From Clostridiales bacterium DTU070 (GTDB taxonomy: Bacteria; Bacillota; Clostridia; DSM-8532): a DNA stretch of 64,000 nucleotides. Every line of letters starts with the position of its first letter. Position 1 is the stretch's first letter. The stretch is from NCBI GenBank assembly GCA_001513105.1, contig LFSH01000059.1:11375-75374 (forward strand), read 5' to 3'. Positions 40,194 to 50,822 of the stretch are shown here, in pieces. The notes under the pieces were generated by a model. That model had not been told where the DNA came from and ran no database searches. It saw nothing but the letters and a program-made list of their open reading frames with translations. Made by a program: the position numbers and the translations under genes.

Positions 40194-42797
40194 TCATTTC
40201 AGTTTCTGCTGAAGGGCGTACAGCCTGTTCAGCGCATCCAGCGGTGTCAGCGTTGTAGCGTCCAGTGCGCGTATCTCGTCAATTACTTCCCTTTCGTTTT
40301 TCGAAAGGGACCCGGCAGACAGCAAATCAAGCTGGCCGTCAACGGGTTTCGTATTCTTCTTTCTGAATCTGCCCTTTTTGTTTATATCAGCCGCATCAAG
40401 CTCATTCAGAATGCTTTTTGCCCTTTCTATAACAAGCCCGGGAACACCCGCAAGCCCTGCAACCTCTATGCCGTAGCTTTGATCTGCACCGCCGGGTATG
40501 ATTTTCCTGAGGAAAATTATCTCGTCGCCTTTTTTCTTTACCTCTATGCAGCAGTTCTTTATCCCCGGCAGCTTGTCCTCCAGTTCGGTCAGTTCATGGT
40601 AATGAGTCGCAAAAAGGGTTCTGCATCCCAACCGGCCCTTGTCATTGATAAATTCTATTACAGACCATGCAATCGCCAAACCGTCATGGGTACTTGTGCC
40701 GCGCCCGATTTCGTCAAGAATCAGGAGGCTTTTTGGCGTTGCATTGTTCAAAATATTCGCCACTTCAGTCATTTCCACCATAAAGGTGCTCTGGCCCGAA
40801 GCTAAATCATCCGAGGCACCGACACGGGTGAAAATCCGGTCGGTAATTCCAATCGTTGCCTCGGTTGCAGGAACAAAACTGCCCATCTGCGCCATTAAGA
40901 CAATTAACGCCACCTGCCGCAGATATGTTGACTTCCCTGCCATATTCGGGCCTGTAATAATTATCACCCTGTCATCTTTGTCGTTCAGCAACGCGTCGTT
41001 GGGCACAAACGGGGTGGTGCCGAGCATTTTTTCAACAACGGGATGCCTTCCCTCTTTTATATGGATCTCGCTGCCTTCATGTACCCTTGGTTTGACATAA
41101 TTCTCCCGATCGGCAACCTCCGCAAGGGAGCACAAAACATCAATCAGCGCCATTCTGTCCGCCGTTTTCTGTATTCGCTGAACCTGGGAGGCAATCCTTT
41201 CCCTTATGTCGCAGAAGAGTTCATATTCAAGGGCGGTAACCCTTTCTTCGGCTCCCAGGATGGTATCTTCAAGATTCTTCAGTTCCTCGGTGATAAATCG
41301 TTCACCGTTTACAAGGGTCTGCTTGCGTATATAATGGTCAGGAACATGGTCGAGATTGGCTTTCGTCACCTCGATATAATAGCCAAAAACCTTGTTATAC
41401 CTTACCTTAAGGTTTTTAATGCCGGTGCTTTCCCTTTCCCTGCTTTCCAGGTCGGCAATCCACTGTTTCCCTTCGGTGAATGCTTTTCTGTACTTGTCAA
41501 CCTCTACGGAATAGCCGTCCCGTATTATTCCACCCTCTTTTATTGTTACCGGAGGATCCTCTGCTATGGCTTTATCTATCAGTTCATATATATCGCTTAA
41601 AAGATCGGTTTCATTGCGTATACTGACGCACAGTTCGGAATCCAGAGACGACATCAGATCAGCAATGTACGGAATCTGCCCCATTGATGCCTTCAGCGAC
41701 AGCAAGTCGCGGGCATTGACATTTCCGACCACAAGTTTTGATGCCAGCCTCTCCATATCGTAAACCCTTTTGAGAAGCTCCCTTATTTCGCTGCGTACCA
41801 TGAATTTGTCCTTAAGCTCTTCCACGGCATCAAGACGCTTGTTTATTTCATCGGTATCGAGCAGGGGCTGTTCAATCCATTTTCTGAGCTTCCGCCCGCC
41901 CATCGCCGTCATCGTCCGGTCAAGAACCCACAGCAGACTCCCGCGTTTTTTCCTGTCCCTTAATGTCTCTGTAAGTTCAAGGTTCCTGCGGCTTGAACTG
42001 TCTATTATCATGTAGTTTTCGATATTGTATTTCCGGATCTCTTTGATGTGGTTCAAATCAACCTTCTGCGTTGACTTAAGATAGCCTATCAGGGCTCCGG
42101 ATGCGCAAATTGAGAGCTCTTCCTGCACCAGGGCACTATAACCCTTTATATCCTCAATATTTCTTACCGCCTCGTTTTTGTCGAAAAACTCATTGTCAAG
42201 GGCGGTTATGTATATTCCGGCTTTTTCTTTTAAACTGTCGACAGGGACGCTTTTTAAAAACAGATCATTAACAATCAATTCGGAAGGCTGATATCGGTAT
42301 ATTTCATCAAACAGCTTTCTTATGGTGTTTCCGTAAACAATCTGGGTTGTATAGAATTCTCCCGTTGTAATGTCTGCAACCGCTATCCCGAAATAATCGG
42401 CCAGGCTGTATACCGCCATCAGGTAATTGTTCTTCTTCTCGTCAAGCATTTCGGGATCTGTAACCGTCCCCGGGGTAATGACACGGGTAACCTCACGCCT
42501 GACAATGCCCTTTGCCAGCGCCGGATCCTCCATCTGTTCGCATATCGCAACCTTGTAACCCTTATTTATAAGTTTTGCTATGTAATGATGCACCGAATGC
42601 CATGGAACCCCGCACATCGGTGCCCTTTCATCAAGGCCGCAGTCCCTGCCTGTAAGCGTAATTTCAAGTTCCCTTGATGCAATCTCGGCATCTTCAAAAA
42701 ACAGCTCGTAAAAATCACCAAGTCTGAAAAACAACAGGCAGTCCCTGTATTGCTTTTTCGTGTCCAGATACTGCTGCATCATAGGTGTGAGCTTCAT
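40194..42797 (-). CDS. mutS: DNA mismatch repair protein MutS
   Basis: TPMMQQY, FRLGDFYELF, TGPNMAGKSTY, SGQSTFMVEM, DEIGRGTST. Confidence 0.98.
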   Translation of the reverse strand: MKLTPMMQQYLDTKKQYRDCLLFFRLGDFYELFFEDAEIASRELEITLTGRDCGLDERAPMCGVPWHSVHHYIAKLINKGYKVAICEQMEDPALAKGIVRREVTRVITPGTVTDPEMLDEKKNNYLMAVYSLADYFGIAVADITTGEFYTTQIVYGNTIRKLFDEIYRYQPSELIVNDLFLKSVPVDSLKEKAGIYITALDNEFFDKNEAVRNIEDIKGYSALVQEELSICASGALIGYLKSTQKVDLNHIKEIRKYNIENYMIIDSSSRRNLELTETLRDRKKRGSLLWVLDRTMTAMGGRKLRKWIEQPLLDTDEINKRLDAVEELKDKFMVRSEIRELLKRVYDMERLASKLVVGNVNARDLLSLKASMGQIPYIADLMSSLDSELCVSIRNETDLLSDIYELIDKAIAEDPPVTIKEGGIIRDGYSVEVDKYRKAFTEGKQWIADLESRERESTGIKNLKVRYNKVFGYYIEVTKANLDHVPDHYIRKQTLVNGERFITEELKNLEDTILGAEERVTALEYELFCDIRERIASQVQRIQKTADRMALIDVLCSLAEVADRENYVKPRVHEGSEIHIKEGRHPVVEKMLGTTPFVPNDALLNDKDDRVIIITGPNMAGKSTYLRQVALIVLMAQMGSFVPATEATIGITDRIFTRVGASDDLASGQSTFMVEMTEVANILNNATPKSLLILDEIGRGTSTHDGLAIAWSVIEFINDKGRLGCRTLFATHYHELTELEDKLPGIKNCCIEVKKKGDEIIFLRKIIPGGADQSYGIEVAGLAGVPGLVIERAKSILNELDAADINKKGRFRKKNTKPVDGQLDLLSAGSLSKNEREVIDEIRALDATTLTPLDALNRLYALQQKLK

Positions 42798-44236
42798 GAT
42801 GTTTCACCCTCCGGAATTACCGTTCCCTCAAGCCAGAAAGGCCATGCCCGGATAATTTTCACCTGTACCAGCTTCCCTGTCAGGTCTTCAGGCGAGGTGA
42901 AATTAATAAGTTTGTAATTCCTTGTTCTGCCGGTATACATAGTTTCATTATAACGGCTTATACCTTCCACAAGTACTTCAACGGTTTTTCCTTCATAGGT
43001 CCTGTTGATTTCCGCAGTAATGGAATTCTGCAGTTCCACAAGCCTCAGGAAACGTTCCTTCTTAACATCTTCCGGAACCTGGTTTTCAAGCTCTGCAGCC
43101 CGTGTTCCCGTTCTTTTTGAATACAGGAACGTGAACGCCTGATCAAACCGCACCTTTCTTACAACATCGAGGGTGTCTTCAAAATCCTCTTCCGTTTCAC
43201 CGGGGAAACCTACAATAATATCGGTGGTGAACGATATGTCGGGAATGCTGCCCCGCACCCTGTCAACAAGGGCAAGATACTGCTCCTTCGTGTATTTCCT
43301 GTTCATTTCTTTAAGGATCCTCGTGCTTCCCGACTGGAACGGCAGGTGCAGATGTTCGCAGAGCTTCGGCAGTTCCTTTATTGCGGTAATAAGGCTGTCC
43401 GACAGATCCTTCGGATGCGAAGTGGTAAACCTGATTCTTTCAATTCCGCCTATATCATTCAATGCATATAGTAAATCAGCAAAGGCATCGGTTTTGCCCA
43501 AATCGTTTCCGTATGAGTTTACATTCTGCCCCAAAAGCGTAATTTCCTTATAGCCTGCTTCTGCAAGCCTCTTTACTTCGTCAACTATATCTTCCTTTTT
43601 CCTGCTGCGCTCCCTTCCCCTTACATAAGGAACAATGCAGTAGGAGCAAAAGTTGTTGCACCCCTGCATTATGCTGACCCATGCCTTAACCTTCTCAGCC
43701 CTTGTTATCGGGGTGCCTTCAACTATCTGGCCTTCGCTGTCCCAAACATCGAATACGCGTTTTCCCTGTGTCAGGTGCCTGTACAGAAGTTCCGGGAAAG
43801 TGTACAGGTTGTGGGTTCCGAAAACAATACCCACATGATGGTACGATTTCCTGATCTTTTCCACAACATGGGGCTGCTGCATCATGCACCCGGTTATCGC
43901 GATAATGCTTTTTTTCTCGCCGGGTGACGGCTTTAACAGGCCGAGATGCCCGTAAATTTTCTCTTCGGCGTTCTCCCGGACACAGCATGTATCAAAGACA
44001 ATAACATCAGCCTGCTCTCCCGGGGCAGCCTTCGCAAAGCCCATTTCATCCAGCATGCCTGCAAGCTGCTCGGACTCGAGCTCATTCATCTGGCATCCGA
44101 AAACCCTTACATCGTACGTGGGCCGCCTGCCCTCGGTATTTGCCTTTTCGCCGGTTATTTCCCTTACTTTATCGATATAAACATACTGTTTCTGTATGAG
44201 TTCTTCATTTCTCTGCAATGCTTTTCTTTCAGCCAT
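42794..44236 (-). CDS. miaB: tRNA-2-methylthio-N6-dimethylallyladenosine synthase
   Basis: FGCQMN, TCCVRENAE, GCNNFCSYC, LLGQNVNSYG, C-terminal TRAM domain. Confidence 0.96.
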   Translation of the reverse strand: MAERKALQRNEELIQKQYVYIDKVREITGEKANTEGRRPTYDVRVFGCQMNELESEQLAGMLDEMGFAKAAPGEQADVIVFDTCCVRENAEEKIYGHLGLLKPSPGEKKSIIAITGCMMQQPHVVEKIRKSYHHVGIVFGTHNLYTFPELLYRHLTQGKRVFDVWDSEGQIVEGTPITRAEKVKAWVSIMQGCNNFCSYCIVPYVRGRERSRKKEDIVDEVKRLAEAGYKEITLLGQNVNSYGNDLGKTDAFADLLYALNDIGGIERIRFTTSHPKDLSDSLITAIKELPKLCEHLHLPFQSGSTRILKEMNRKYTKEQYLALVDRVRGSIPDISFTTDIIVGFPGETEEDFEDTLDVVRKVRFDQAFTFLYSKRTGTRAAELENQVPEDVKKERFLRLVELQNSITAEINRTYEGKTVEVLVEGISRYNETMYTGRTRNYKLINFTSPEDLTGKLVQVKIIRAWPFWLEGTVIPEGETS

Positions 44237-44748
44237 TTATTTAAACCCTTTCTGAACAAATATTGTATATGGTACAACCAATTATGGTTCTGATTCAGAA
44301 TTTCAGTTATCCATTTAATTATACGTTTTATTTTACCCTCAGACAAGTTTATAAAATCAAAAGTTGACTGCATTCAGGCAAAAGCATTATGCATTTCGAA
44401 TAACAACTGGTACCCGGTATTAAGCCATACTGTGCGCTGCCCGAAACAGGAGCTCCATCTATTACATCCGGAAGGCTTATTTAATAAATGCCGGTAAAAA
44501 TGCGGATTTTTCAGTTTGCCGAAGTGTGATGGAACCTACCGGAACCGGTTGTGCCCGGGTTGAAACCTTACTTAAAAAACCGTGTTCCGAGTATTGAAAG
44601 TGAACGCGGAAAGAAGGGGATGCCTTATTCAACGGGTATATGCAGCTGTATCAGTTACAGCCGGATATGAAAGGAGACATTCAGGACATAAAGAAACACC
44701 CTGATTTATATGAAGGAAAAATATAGCAATCGCAAAGCAAAAACTGCA

Positions 44749-44943
44749 CTAAAAAAACGGTTTCCTCGTAAACTCCTTCAGCAAATCCTTTTCACTGATT
44801 TGATGGGTCAGAAGTTTTACCAGGTCATCGCTTGCTTCATCACTGTCGGTATACTCGTTCAGAACCCAGCAGATCATATATTTTCCCGTGTCGGTGCTGT
44901 GTACCAGGTAGCACTTTTTCAGTCCCTTATTGATTATTTTCAT
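44749..44943 (-). CDS. Small hypothetical protein (64 aa)
   Basis: AAAGGAGAG RBS 8-9 nt upstream of ATG; protein-like composition; occupies the gap upstream of miaB. Confidence 0.6.
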   Translation of the reverse strand: MKIINKGLKKCYLVHSTDTGKYMICWVLNEYTDSDEASDDLVKLLTHQISEKDLLKEFTRKPFF

Positions 44944-45061
44944 CTTTTTGGCTCTCCTTTTGTCTTGTAATTTGATAATATTATTGTATCATACTGTATG
45001 GACGGAAAACGACTTTTCCTCTTATGTACCGATATTATACAATGAATGAAGGGAGACCTTA

Positions 45062-47902
45062 ATGAAAGACTCATCATATATACGAATCAGGGGTGCCTCT
45101 GAACATAATCTGAAAAACATTGATATAGATATTCCGAAAAACAAGCTGGTGGTTCTGACCGGGCTCAGCGGTTCGGGCAAATCGTCCCTTGCCTTTGATA
45201 CAATATATGCCGACGGGCAGAGGCGGTACATGGAATCGCTGTCCTCGTATGCCCGGCAGTTTATCGGTAACATGAAGAAACCCGATGTGGTCAGCATTGA
45301 GGGAATATCACCTGCCATTTCGATATCCCAGAAATCAACCAGCCACAATCCCCGCTCCACTGTCGGAACTGTTACGGAGATATATGACTATCTTCGCCTC
45401 CTGTATGCCAGAATCGGTATTCCGCATTGTCCTGAATGCGGCAGGGAAATTAATAGGCAGTCGGTCGATCAGATTACAGAACAGGAAATGGCATTGCCCG
45501 AAGGCAGCAGGATCCTTATCCTTGCACCCGTTGTAAGGGGCAGGAAGGGGCGCCACGAGAAAGTATTTGAACAGGCCAAAAGAAGCGGATATGTACGCGT
45601 AATCGTGGACGGGATCCAGTATGATCTGTCCGAAGAGATTAGTCTTGAAAAGAACATCAAGCATAACATAGATATAGTTGTGGACAGGCTAATTGTACGC
45701 CCTGGAATTGAGTCACGCCTTACAGACTCTATCGAGAACGTATTCCGGCTGACCGGCGGGCTTCTGACGGTGAGCATCGTGGACGGGGAAACGCTCACGT
45801 TCAGCCAGAACTTTGCCTGCCCGGACTGCGGCATCAGTATCAGTGAAATCGAACCAAGAAGTTTTTCCTTCAACAATCCGTTCGGAGCCTGCCCCGAATG
45901 CTACGGCATAGGTTACAAAATGGAGTTTGACGAGGATTTGATGATTCCCGACAAAAGCCTCAGCATCGATGAAGGCGCGATTACCGTTTATGGCTGGCAA
46001 TCAAGCAAGGATAAAGGAAGCTGGACAAGGGCGATACTTGAGGCCCTTGCCGAAGAATTCAACTTCTCGCTGAGTGTACCCTTTGAATCCTACCCGAAGG
46101 AAATACATGATATCCTGATGTATGGCACCGACAGGCCGGTAAAGGTATATTACCAGGGAAGATGGGGCGGCAGCGAGCATGACGTGGTTTTCAGGGGAAT
46201 ATTCGAAAGTGTTGAGCGCCACTACCGGGAATGCTCCGATGCAATGAAGGCAGAGTTTGAAGAATTCATGCGAATCACCCCATGTGCGTTATGCAGGGGG
46301 CAGCGGCTGAAAAAAGAGTCGCTGGCCGTAACCGTCGCAGGCAAAAATATTTTTGAAATGACCGATATGTCGGTCAGGGATTTATACAGCTTTATAGATC
46401 AGATTCAACTAACCGATTTTCAGATGACAATTGCAAGGCACATCCTGAAGGAAATAAAAACAAGGGTGGGTTTCCTTGTTGATATCGGGCTTGACTACCT
46501 TACTTTATCAAGGGCTGCAGGCACATTATCCGGAGGCGAGCACCAGCGCATACGCCTTGCCACACAAATCGGCTCCGGCCTTGTGGGCGTTGATTATATC
46601 CTTGACGAACCCAGCATCGGCCTTCACCAGCGTGATAATGCCAAGCTCATCAAAGCCCTGTGCAACCTCCGGGACATGGGGAACACCGTTATAGTCGTCG
46701 AACACGACGAAGAAACAATCCTTGCCGCCGATTATGTTATAGACATAGGCCCGGGCGCCGGCGAACACGGCGGCAAAGTGGTTGCCTGCGGAACGGTCCG
46801 GGAAATCATGGACAACCCCGATTCAATCACAGGCGCCTATTTAAGCGGCAAACTGTCAATTCCGGTTCCGGAAAAAAGGAGAACCGCTGACCGGTTTTTA
46901 ACTGTTTACGGAGCACGGGAGAATAACCTGAAAAACATTAATGTTACCTTTCCGTTGGGGGTTTTTGTCTGTGTAACCGGTGTTTCCGGGTCGGGAAAAA
47001 GCTCCCTCGTGAATGAGATTTTATACAAGGCTCTTGCAAGGAAACTGAACCGGGCAAGGACAATTGCGGGAAAGCATGACAGAATAGAAGGTTCGGAGAA
47101 CCTTGACAAGATTATAAACATTGATCAGAGCCCGATTGGAAGAACTCCGAGGTCAAACCCCGCAACCTACATCGGCGTTTTTGATCTGATCAGGGACCTG
47201 TTTGCTTCCACTCCCGAGGCCAAGGCCAGGGGATATAAAAAAGGCAGGTTCAGCTTCAATGTAAGCGGAGGCCGGTGTGAAGCATGCAGCGGTGACGGAA
47301 CGATTAAGGTTGAAATGCATTTCCTGCCCGATGTATATGTACCCTGCGAGGTATGCAACGGGAAACGGTACAACCGTGAAACCTTAGAGGTAAAGTACAA
47401 GGGCAAAAACATCTACGACGTATTGAACATGACGGTTGAAGAAGCCCTGAAATTCTTCGAACACTTTGAAGCTATCAGCCGTAAACTGCAGACCCTTTAT
47501 GACGTCGGCCTGTCATATATCAGGCTGGGACAGCCTTCAACAACACTATCAGGCGGCGAGGCACAGAGAATCAAACTTGCTTCCGAGTTAAGCAGAAAAA
47601 GCACCGGCAAGACCATATATATACTCGACGAACCTACAACAGGCCTGCATTTTTCCGATGTCCACAAACTGATAGACGTGCTTCAGAAACTGGTTGACGG
47701 AGGAAACACTGTGATTGTAATTGAGCACAACATGGACATGATTAAATCCGCGGATTATATTATTGACCTGGGTCCGGAAGGCGGAGACCGCGGCGGAACA
47801 GTTGTTGCCTGCGGGACACCCGAGGAAGTGGCTGAAAATCCAAACTCCTATACCGGCCACTACCTGAAAAAATACCTGTCCACTCCTCCTGCTTCGCTAT
47901 AA
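45062..47902 (+). CDS. uvrA: Excinuclease ABC subunit A
   Basis: [23 protein letters not shown], zinc fingers, [31 protein letters not shown]. Confidence 0.95.
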   Translation: MKDSSYIRIRGASEHNLKNIDIDIPKNKLVVLTGLSGSGKSSLAFDTIYADGQRRYMESLSSYARQFIGNMKKPDVVSIEGISPAISISQKSTSHNPRSTVGTVTEIYDYLRLLYARIGIPHCPECGREINRQSVDQITEQEMALPEGSRILILAPVVRGRKGRHEKVFEQAKRSGYVRVIVDGIQYDLSEEISLEKNIKHNIDIVVDRLIVRPGIESRLTDSIENVFRLTGGLLTVSIVDGETLTFSQNFACPDCGISISEIEPRSFSFNNPFGACPECYGIGYKMEFDEDLMIPDKSLSIDEGAITVYGWQSSKDKGSWTRAILEALAEEFNFSLSVPFESYPKEIHDILMYGTDRPVKVYYQGRWGGSEHDVVFRGIFESVERHYRECSDAMKAEFEEFMRITPCALCRGQRLKKESLAVTVAGKNIFEMTDMSVRDLYSFIDQIQLTDFQMTIARHILKEIKTRVGFLVDIGLDYLTLSRAAGTLSGGEHQRIRLATQIGSGLVGVDYILDEPSIGLHQRDNAKLIKALCNLRDMGNTVIVVEHDEETILAADYVIDIGPGAGEHGGKVVACGTVREIMDNPDSITGAYLSGKLSIPVPEKRRTADRFLTVYGARENNLKNINVTFPLGVFVCVTGVSGSGKSSLVNEILYKALARKLNRARTIAGKHDRIEGSENLDKIINIDQSPIGRTPRSNPATYIGVFDLIRDLFASTPEAKARGYKKGRFSFNVSGGRCEACSGDGTIKVEMHFLPDVYVPCEVCNGKRYNRETLEVKYKGKNIYDVLNMTVEEALKFFEHFEAISRKLQTLYDVGLSYIRLGQPSTTLSGGEAQRIKLASELSRKSTGKTIYILDEPTTGLHFSDVHKLIDVLQKLVDGGNTVIVIEHNMDMIKSADYIIDLGPEGGDRGGTVVACGTPEEVAENPNSYTGHYLKKYLSTPPASL

Positions 47903-47943
47903 AAAAACCGGACGAAGCAAAATACCACTCCATCCGTTTATAA

Positions 47944-47972
47944 ACAATGGGACAATGTACCTGTCCCATTGT
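47944..47972. terminator. Hairpin between convergent uvrA and XRE genes
   Basis: acaatgggaca / tgtcccattgt perfect 11-bp stem. Confidence 0.6.
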
Positions 47973-47991
47973 CTATCTAAACAAAACAAAT

Positions 47992-48306
47992 CTACACCTG
48001 GCTGTACTCTATATTTTCATTTTTCTTCTCAAACCTTAATTCCAACCCCAGGCCGTCTACATACTTCATAAAATTCCTTAAAGTCGGAGAATTACTTACG
48101 GTTTCAATCCGGGAAACCATCTGTTGTGTTACTCCCGACTTCCTTGCAACATCATCCTGTGATAAACCCATTTCATTCCTTAACTTAACCAGATGCTTAA
48201 GCACTTCATACTCACGCTGCGCAAAGTCGTAAGCCATTTTTAATTCAATATCGTTTTCCAATCTTTTATTAATTTCTTCCTTTACATTAACTTTTCTAAA
48301 CGGCAA
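47992..48306 (-). CDS. XRE/HTH_3 protein, HigA-like antitoxin
   Basis: LRNEMGLSQDDVARKSGVTQQMVSRIE...PTLRNF..YVDGLG; GAGGTG RBS before TTG. Confidence 0.82.
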   Translation of the reverse strand: MPFRKVNVKEEINKRLENDIELKMAYDFAQREYEVLKHLVKLRNEMGLSQDDVARKSGVTQQMVSRIETVSNSPTLRNFMKYVDGLGLELRFEKKNENIEYSQV

Positions 48307-48331
48307 AAGTGCCCACCTCTCATTCTAAATG

Positions 48332-48424
48332 TCAGATAAATCTCTTGCCTAATTCCTTTTCCGGTTATTTAACTCTTTTTATCGCTTTATCCATTTCAAA
48401 CTTTTCAGCCTTGCCTTTTTGCTT
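48332..48424 (-). pseudogene. 3' remnant of a RelE/HigB-type toxin gene
   Basis: Translates as KQKGKAEKFEMDKAIKRVK*PEKELGKRFI*, resembling the C-terminal helix of HigB/Gp49-like toxins; internal TAA at 48365-67; no 5' part; directly upstream of the HigA-like gene. Confidence 0.55.
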
Positions 48425-48459
48425 ATTTGATGTATCTATATTATATTTTACATCAAATA
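48424..48459. promoter_or_regulatory. Palindromic operator overlapping a minus-strand promoter
   Basis: TATTTGATGTA-N14-TACATCAAATA; a minus-strand TATAAT lies in the spacer with TATACA 17 bp upstream. Confidence 0.65.
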
Positions 48460-48658
48460 TGGTGTATAAATAATCAAATTTTTATTAATTCATAATTATT
48501 TATTAACTTTTTTACTTCAGCAAAAAACAGAAAAGCAAAAATACTGTAAAATTAACTATATAAAGTTTTTCAGAAGCGTCAGATAAATAATATAGAAGAA
48601 TTTCTGTTTTGCAGAGTATTGTTTACAATAAGGTTTTTCGTAAAGAAGCAAAGGGGTC

Positions 48659-49324
48659 ATGGAAATGAAGGCTATTGATAATCTTATATACCTGATTACA
48701 GGCAAAACTATCAAAAAATCGATTCGGAAAACACTATCGGGCAGACTGCCGCAAAATACCGTTTCAAAACTTCCGGATGAAATCCGGAGTACATATGAAC
48801 AACGCTTAGAAAATTTAGATAGGAAGGAAACCTTAGGGGCGGCATTAGTGGCAAGGTTCTCATTACTGACATTATTATTTTATGAAAGACTAATTGCAGA
48901 GAATATTGATAAATGCGAGGCTATCAATATAACATCCGAAATAACCTGGGGGCTTTACGAAAAATTAACCGGTATGTTCTGGATTTTTACGAGGCTTTTC
49001 TCCAAAAAACCAATAGAAAGAGTTAAAAAAGCCATAGTTTTTACGATTAAGCATTTTCCGTACAACAGTCCGGGTTATGAAATGGAAATATTAAAGTCGA
49101 ATGAAAATGAAATAGCCTATAATGTTTACAAATGCCCCGCAGCCGAATTTTTCAAGGTACACCAGTTAAGTGAACTATGCGCAGAAACCTGGTGCGACCT
49201 TGACTATGCACTTGCTGACAAATGGGGTGTCAAACTTGAACGGGACAAAACCATTGCTAAAGGTGACGGGTTATGTACCTTCAGATTTATGGCCAAAAAT
49301 GCGGGAAGCCTGTCAGGTGATTAA
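48659..49324 (+). CDS. L-2-amino-thiazoline-4-carboxylic acid hydrolase family protein
   Basis: CPAAEFFK...CDLDY...LERDKTIAKGDGLCTFRF motif of the ATC_hydrolase family; AT-rich. Confidence 0.75.
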   Translation: MEMKAIDNLIYLITGKTIKKSIRKTLSGRLPQNTVSKLPDEIRSTYEQRLENLDRKETLGAALVARFSLLTLLFYERLIAENIDKCEAINITSEITWGLYEKLTGMFWIFTRLFSKKPIERVKKAIVFTIKHFPYNSPGYEMEILKSNENEIAYNVYKCPAAEFFKVHQLSELCAETWCDLDYALADKWGVKLERDKTIAKGDGLCTFRFMAKNAGSLSGD

Positions 49325-49397
49325 AACCCGGATGGTTGAATGCCGGAATTAACCAAGGTTTAACCCTTGTTAACAGTAAGAAGAAAGGTGTTTACAT

Positions 49398-49435
49398 AAA
49401 AGGACTGTTGCTTTCCTTTTTGCAACAGCCCTTTT
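49398..49435. terminator. Bidirectional terminator
   Basis: aaaaggactgttgc / gcaacagcccttt. Confidence 0.65.
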
Positions 49436-49463
49436 GAATTAACAGTTTTTTTATTCCATTAAA

Positions 49464-50822
49464 CTATTCGGTATGAATTGCTGTCAGCGCGCTTAATTTT
49501 GTTGCCTTCCTTGCGGGCAGAAAACCTGATATAAGACCTATGAACGCACTGAATGCCATACCCAAAACAGCAAGCCAGATTGGTATTATAGACAGTTTTG
49601 CATCTCCCACCATCCCTATACTTCCGGATAAAAACCGTACTCCCACGGTATTCAGGAAATGCGAAAGGCCATAACTGACACCGACACCGATAACACCGCC
49701 GATGAATCCTATCATTGACGATTCATACAGGAACAGGCGCCTGATATCCTTGAGCCTTGCACCTATAACTTTCATTATTCCGATTTCCTTTGTTCTTTCG
49801 TATATGGCCATAATCATCGTATTGGCAATTCCAATCGCGGCTACAAGGAGTGATATTGCGCCAATTCCACCCAGGACTCCCTGCATAACAGCCTGGGTTT
49901 TATTTGCCTGTTCCAGTGATTCAGCCATACTGTATGCATTAAGCCCGGTTGCCCTTATCTGCTCCTGGACATCCAGTACATTCTTTATCTCGTTAACCTT
50001 AACCTTTGCCTGCTGGTAGCCAACTTCGGTATCTTTCTGTTTGCGTTTGCCGCCTTGATCGGGATTATTGCTTCTGTTATATTCTTCCTGCAGTTTCAGC
50101 AGTTCTTCAATATTCATGAATGCCCTGTATGCAGTTTCCCAGTTGCCTTCCTCAAGAATTCCCACACCTTCAACTTTATACAGTTTGGGCTTTCTTGCAG
50201 AGCTTCCGGGAAACCTTTCACCATATGAAAGGTCAAAGGTCATCTTTATTTTGTCTTCAAGGAAATCAAAATCCTTTTCCTCTGTTGAATCACTATACCA
50301 CCAGCGCCTGCTGTTCCTGTCCTTCGGGTTCCAGAACTGCTGTTTCATATCGAACCCGAAAACAATCTGGTTTGTATCGCCAGGGACAAGGAGCCGTCCC
50401 TCGCTCACCTTATAGTTGAGAGCTTCCATGGCTTCGGGTTTCAGTCCGACAATGCTTACATATCCCAGGTATTTGCCAATTTCCATTTTAACGGTGGTTT
50501 CATAAAATGGAGTCACCGCTTCAACATTGGGTATTTGTGCAATCTGGTCCAGTTCAGCCTGGGATATGGTAGGCTCAACCCATTCATCCCGCCTGTTTCT
50601 CCTGGTGTCAATCTTTTCGTAGTTGGGATAAACAGTAATTACGTTCATGTCTCCCATCCTGCTCATTTGTTCCTTGTACGACGTATTAATGGCAATACCA
50701 AGAGAAAGCATTATGATGATGGCTGTTGTTCCTATGATAATACCTAAAACCGTCAATATGGTTCTTACCTTGCTGCGGAATAAATTCCTGAAAGCCATTC
50801 TGATTACATCAAATATCTTCAT
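49464..50822 (-). CDS. MacB/FtsX-type ABC permease
   Basis: RTILTVLGIIIG, GIANTMIMAIYERTKEIGIMKVIGA, PARKATKL. Confidence 0.92.
   Translation of the reverse strand: MKIFDVIRMAFRNLFRSKVRTILTVLGIIIGTTAIIIMLSLGIAINTSYKEQMSRMGDMNVITVYPNYEKIDTRRNRRDEWVEPTISQAELDQIAQIPNVEAVTPFYETTVKMEIGKYLGYVSIVGLKPEAMEALNYKVSEGRLLVPGDTNQIVFGFDMKQQFWNPKDRNSRRWWYSDSTEEKDFDFLEDKIKMTFDLSYGERFPGSSARKPKLYKVEGVGILEEGNWETAYRAFMNIEELLKLQEEYNRSNNPDQGGKRKQKDTEVGYQQAKVKVNEIKNVLDVQEQIRATGLNAYSMAESLEQANKTQAVMQGVLGGIGAISLLVAAIGIANTMIMAIYERTKEIGIMKVIGARLKDIRRLFLYESSMIGFIGGVIGVGVSYGLSHFLNTVGVRFLSGSIGMVGDAKLSIIPIWLAVLGMAFSAFIGLISGFLPARKATKLSALTAIHTE

Noticed and set aside
44237-44748. Long intergenic region upstream of miaB as a possible riboswitch or ncRNA
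   Set aside because: Only short hairpins seen; no T-box, SAM, TPP, c-di-GMP or 6S signature recognisable by eye.
44710-44970. 86-aa plus-strand ORF
   Set aside because: Antisense to the 64-aa minus-strand ORF, which has the much better RBS.
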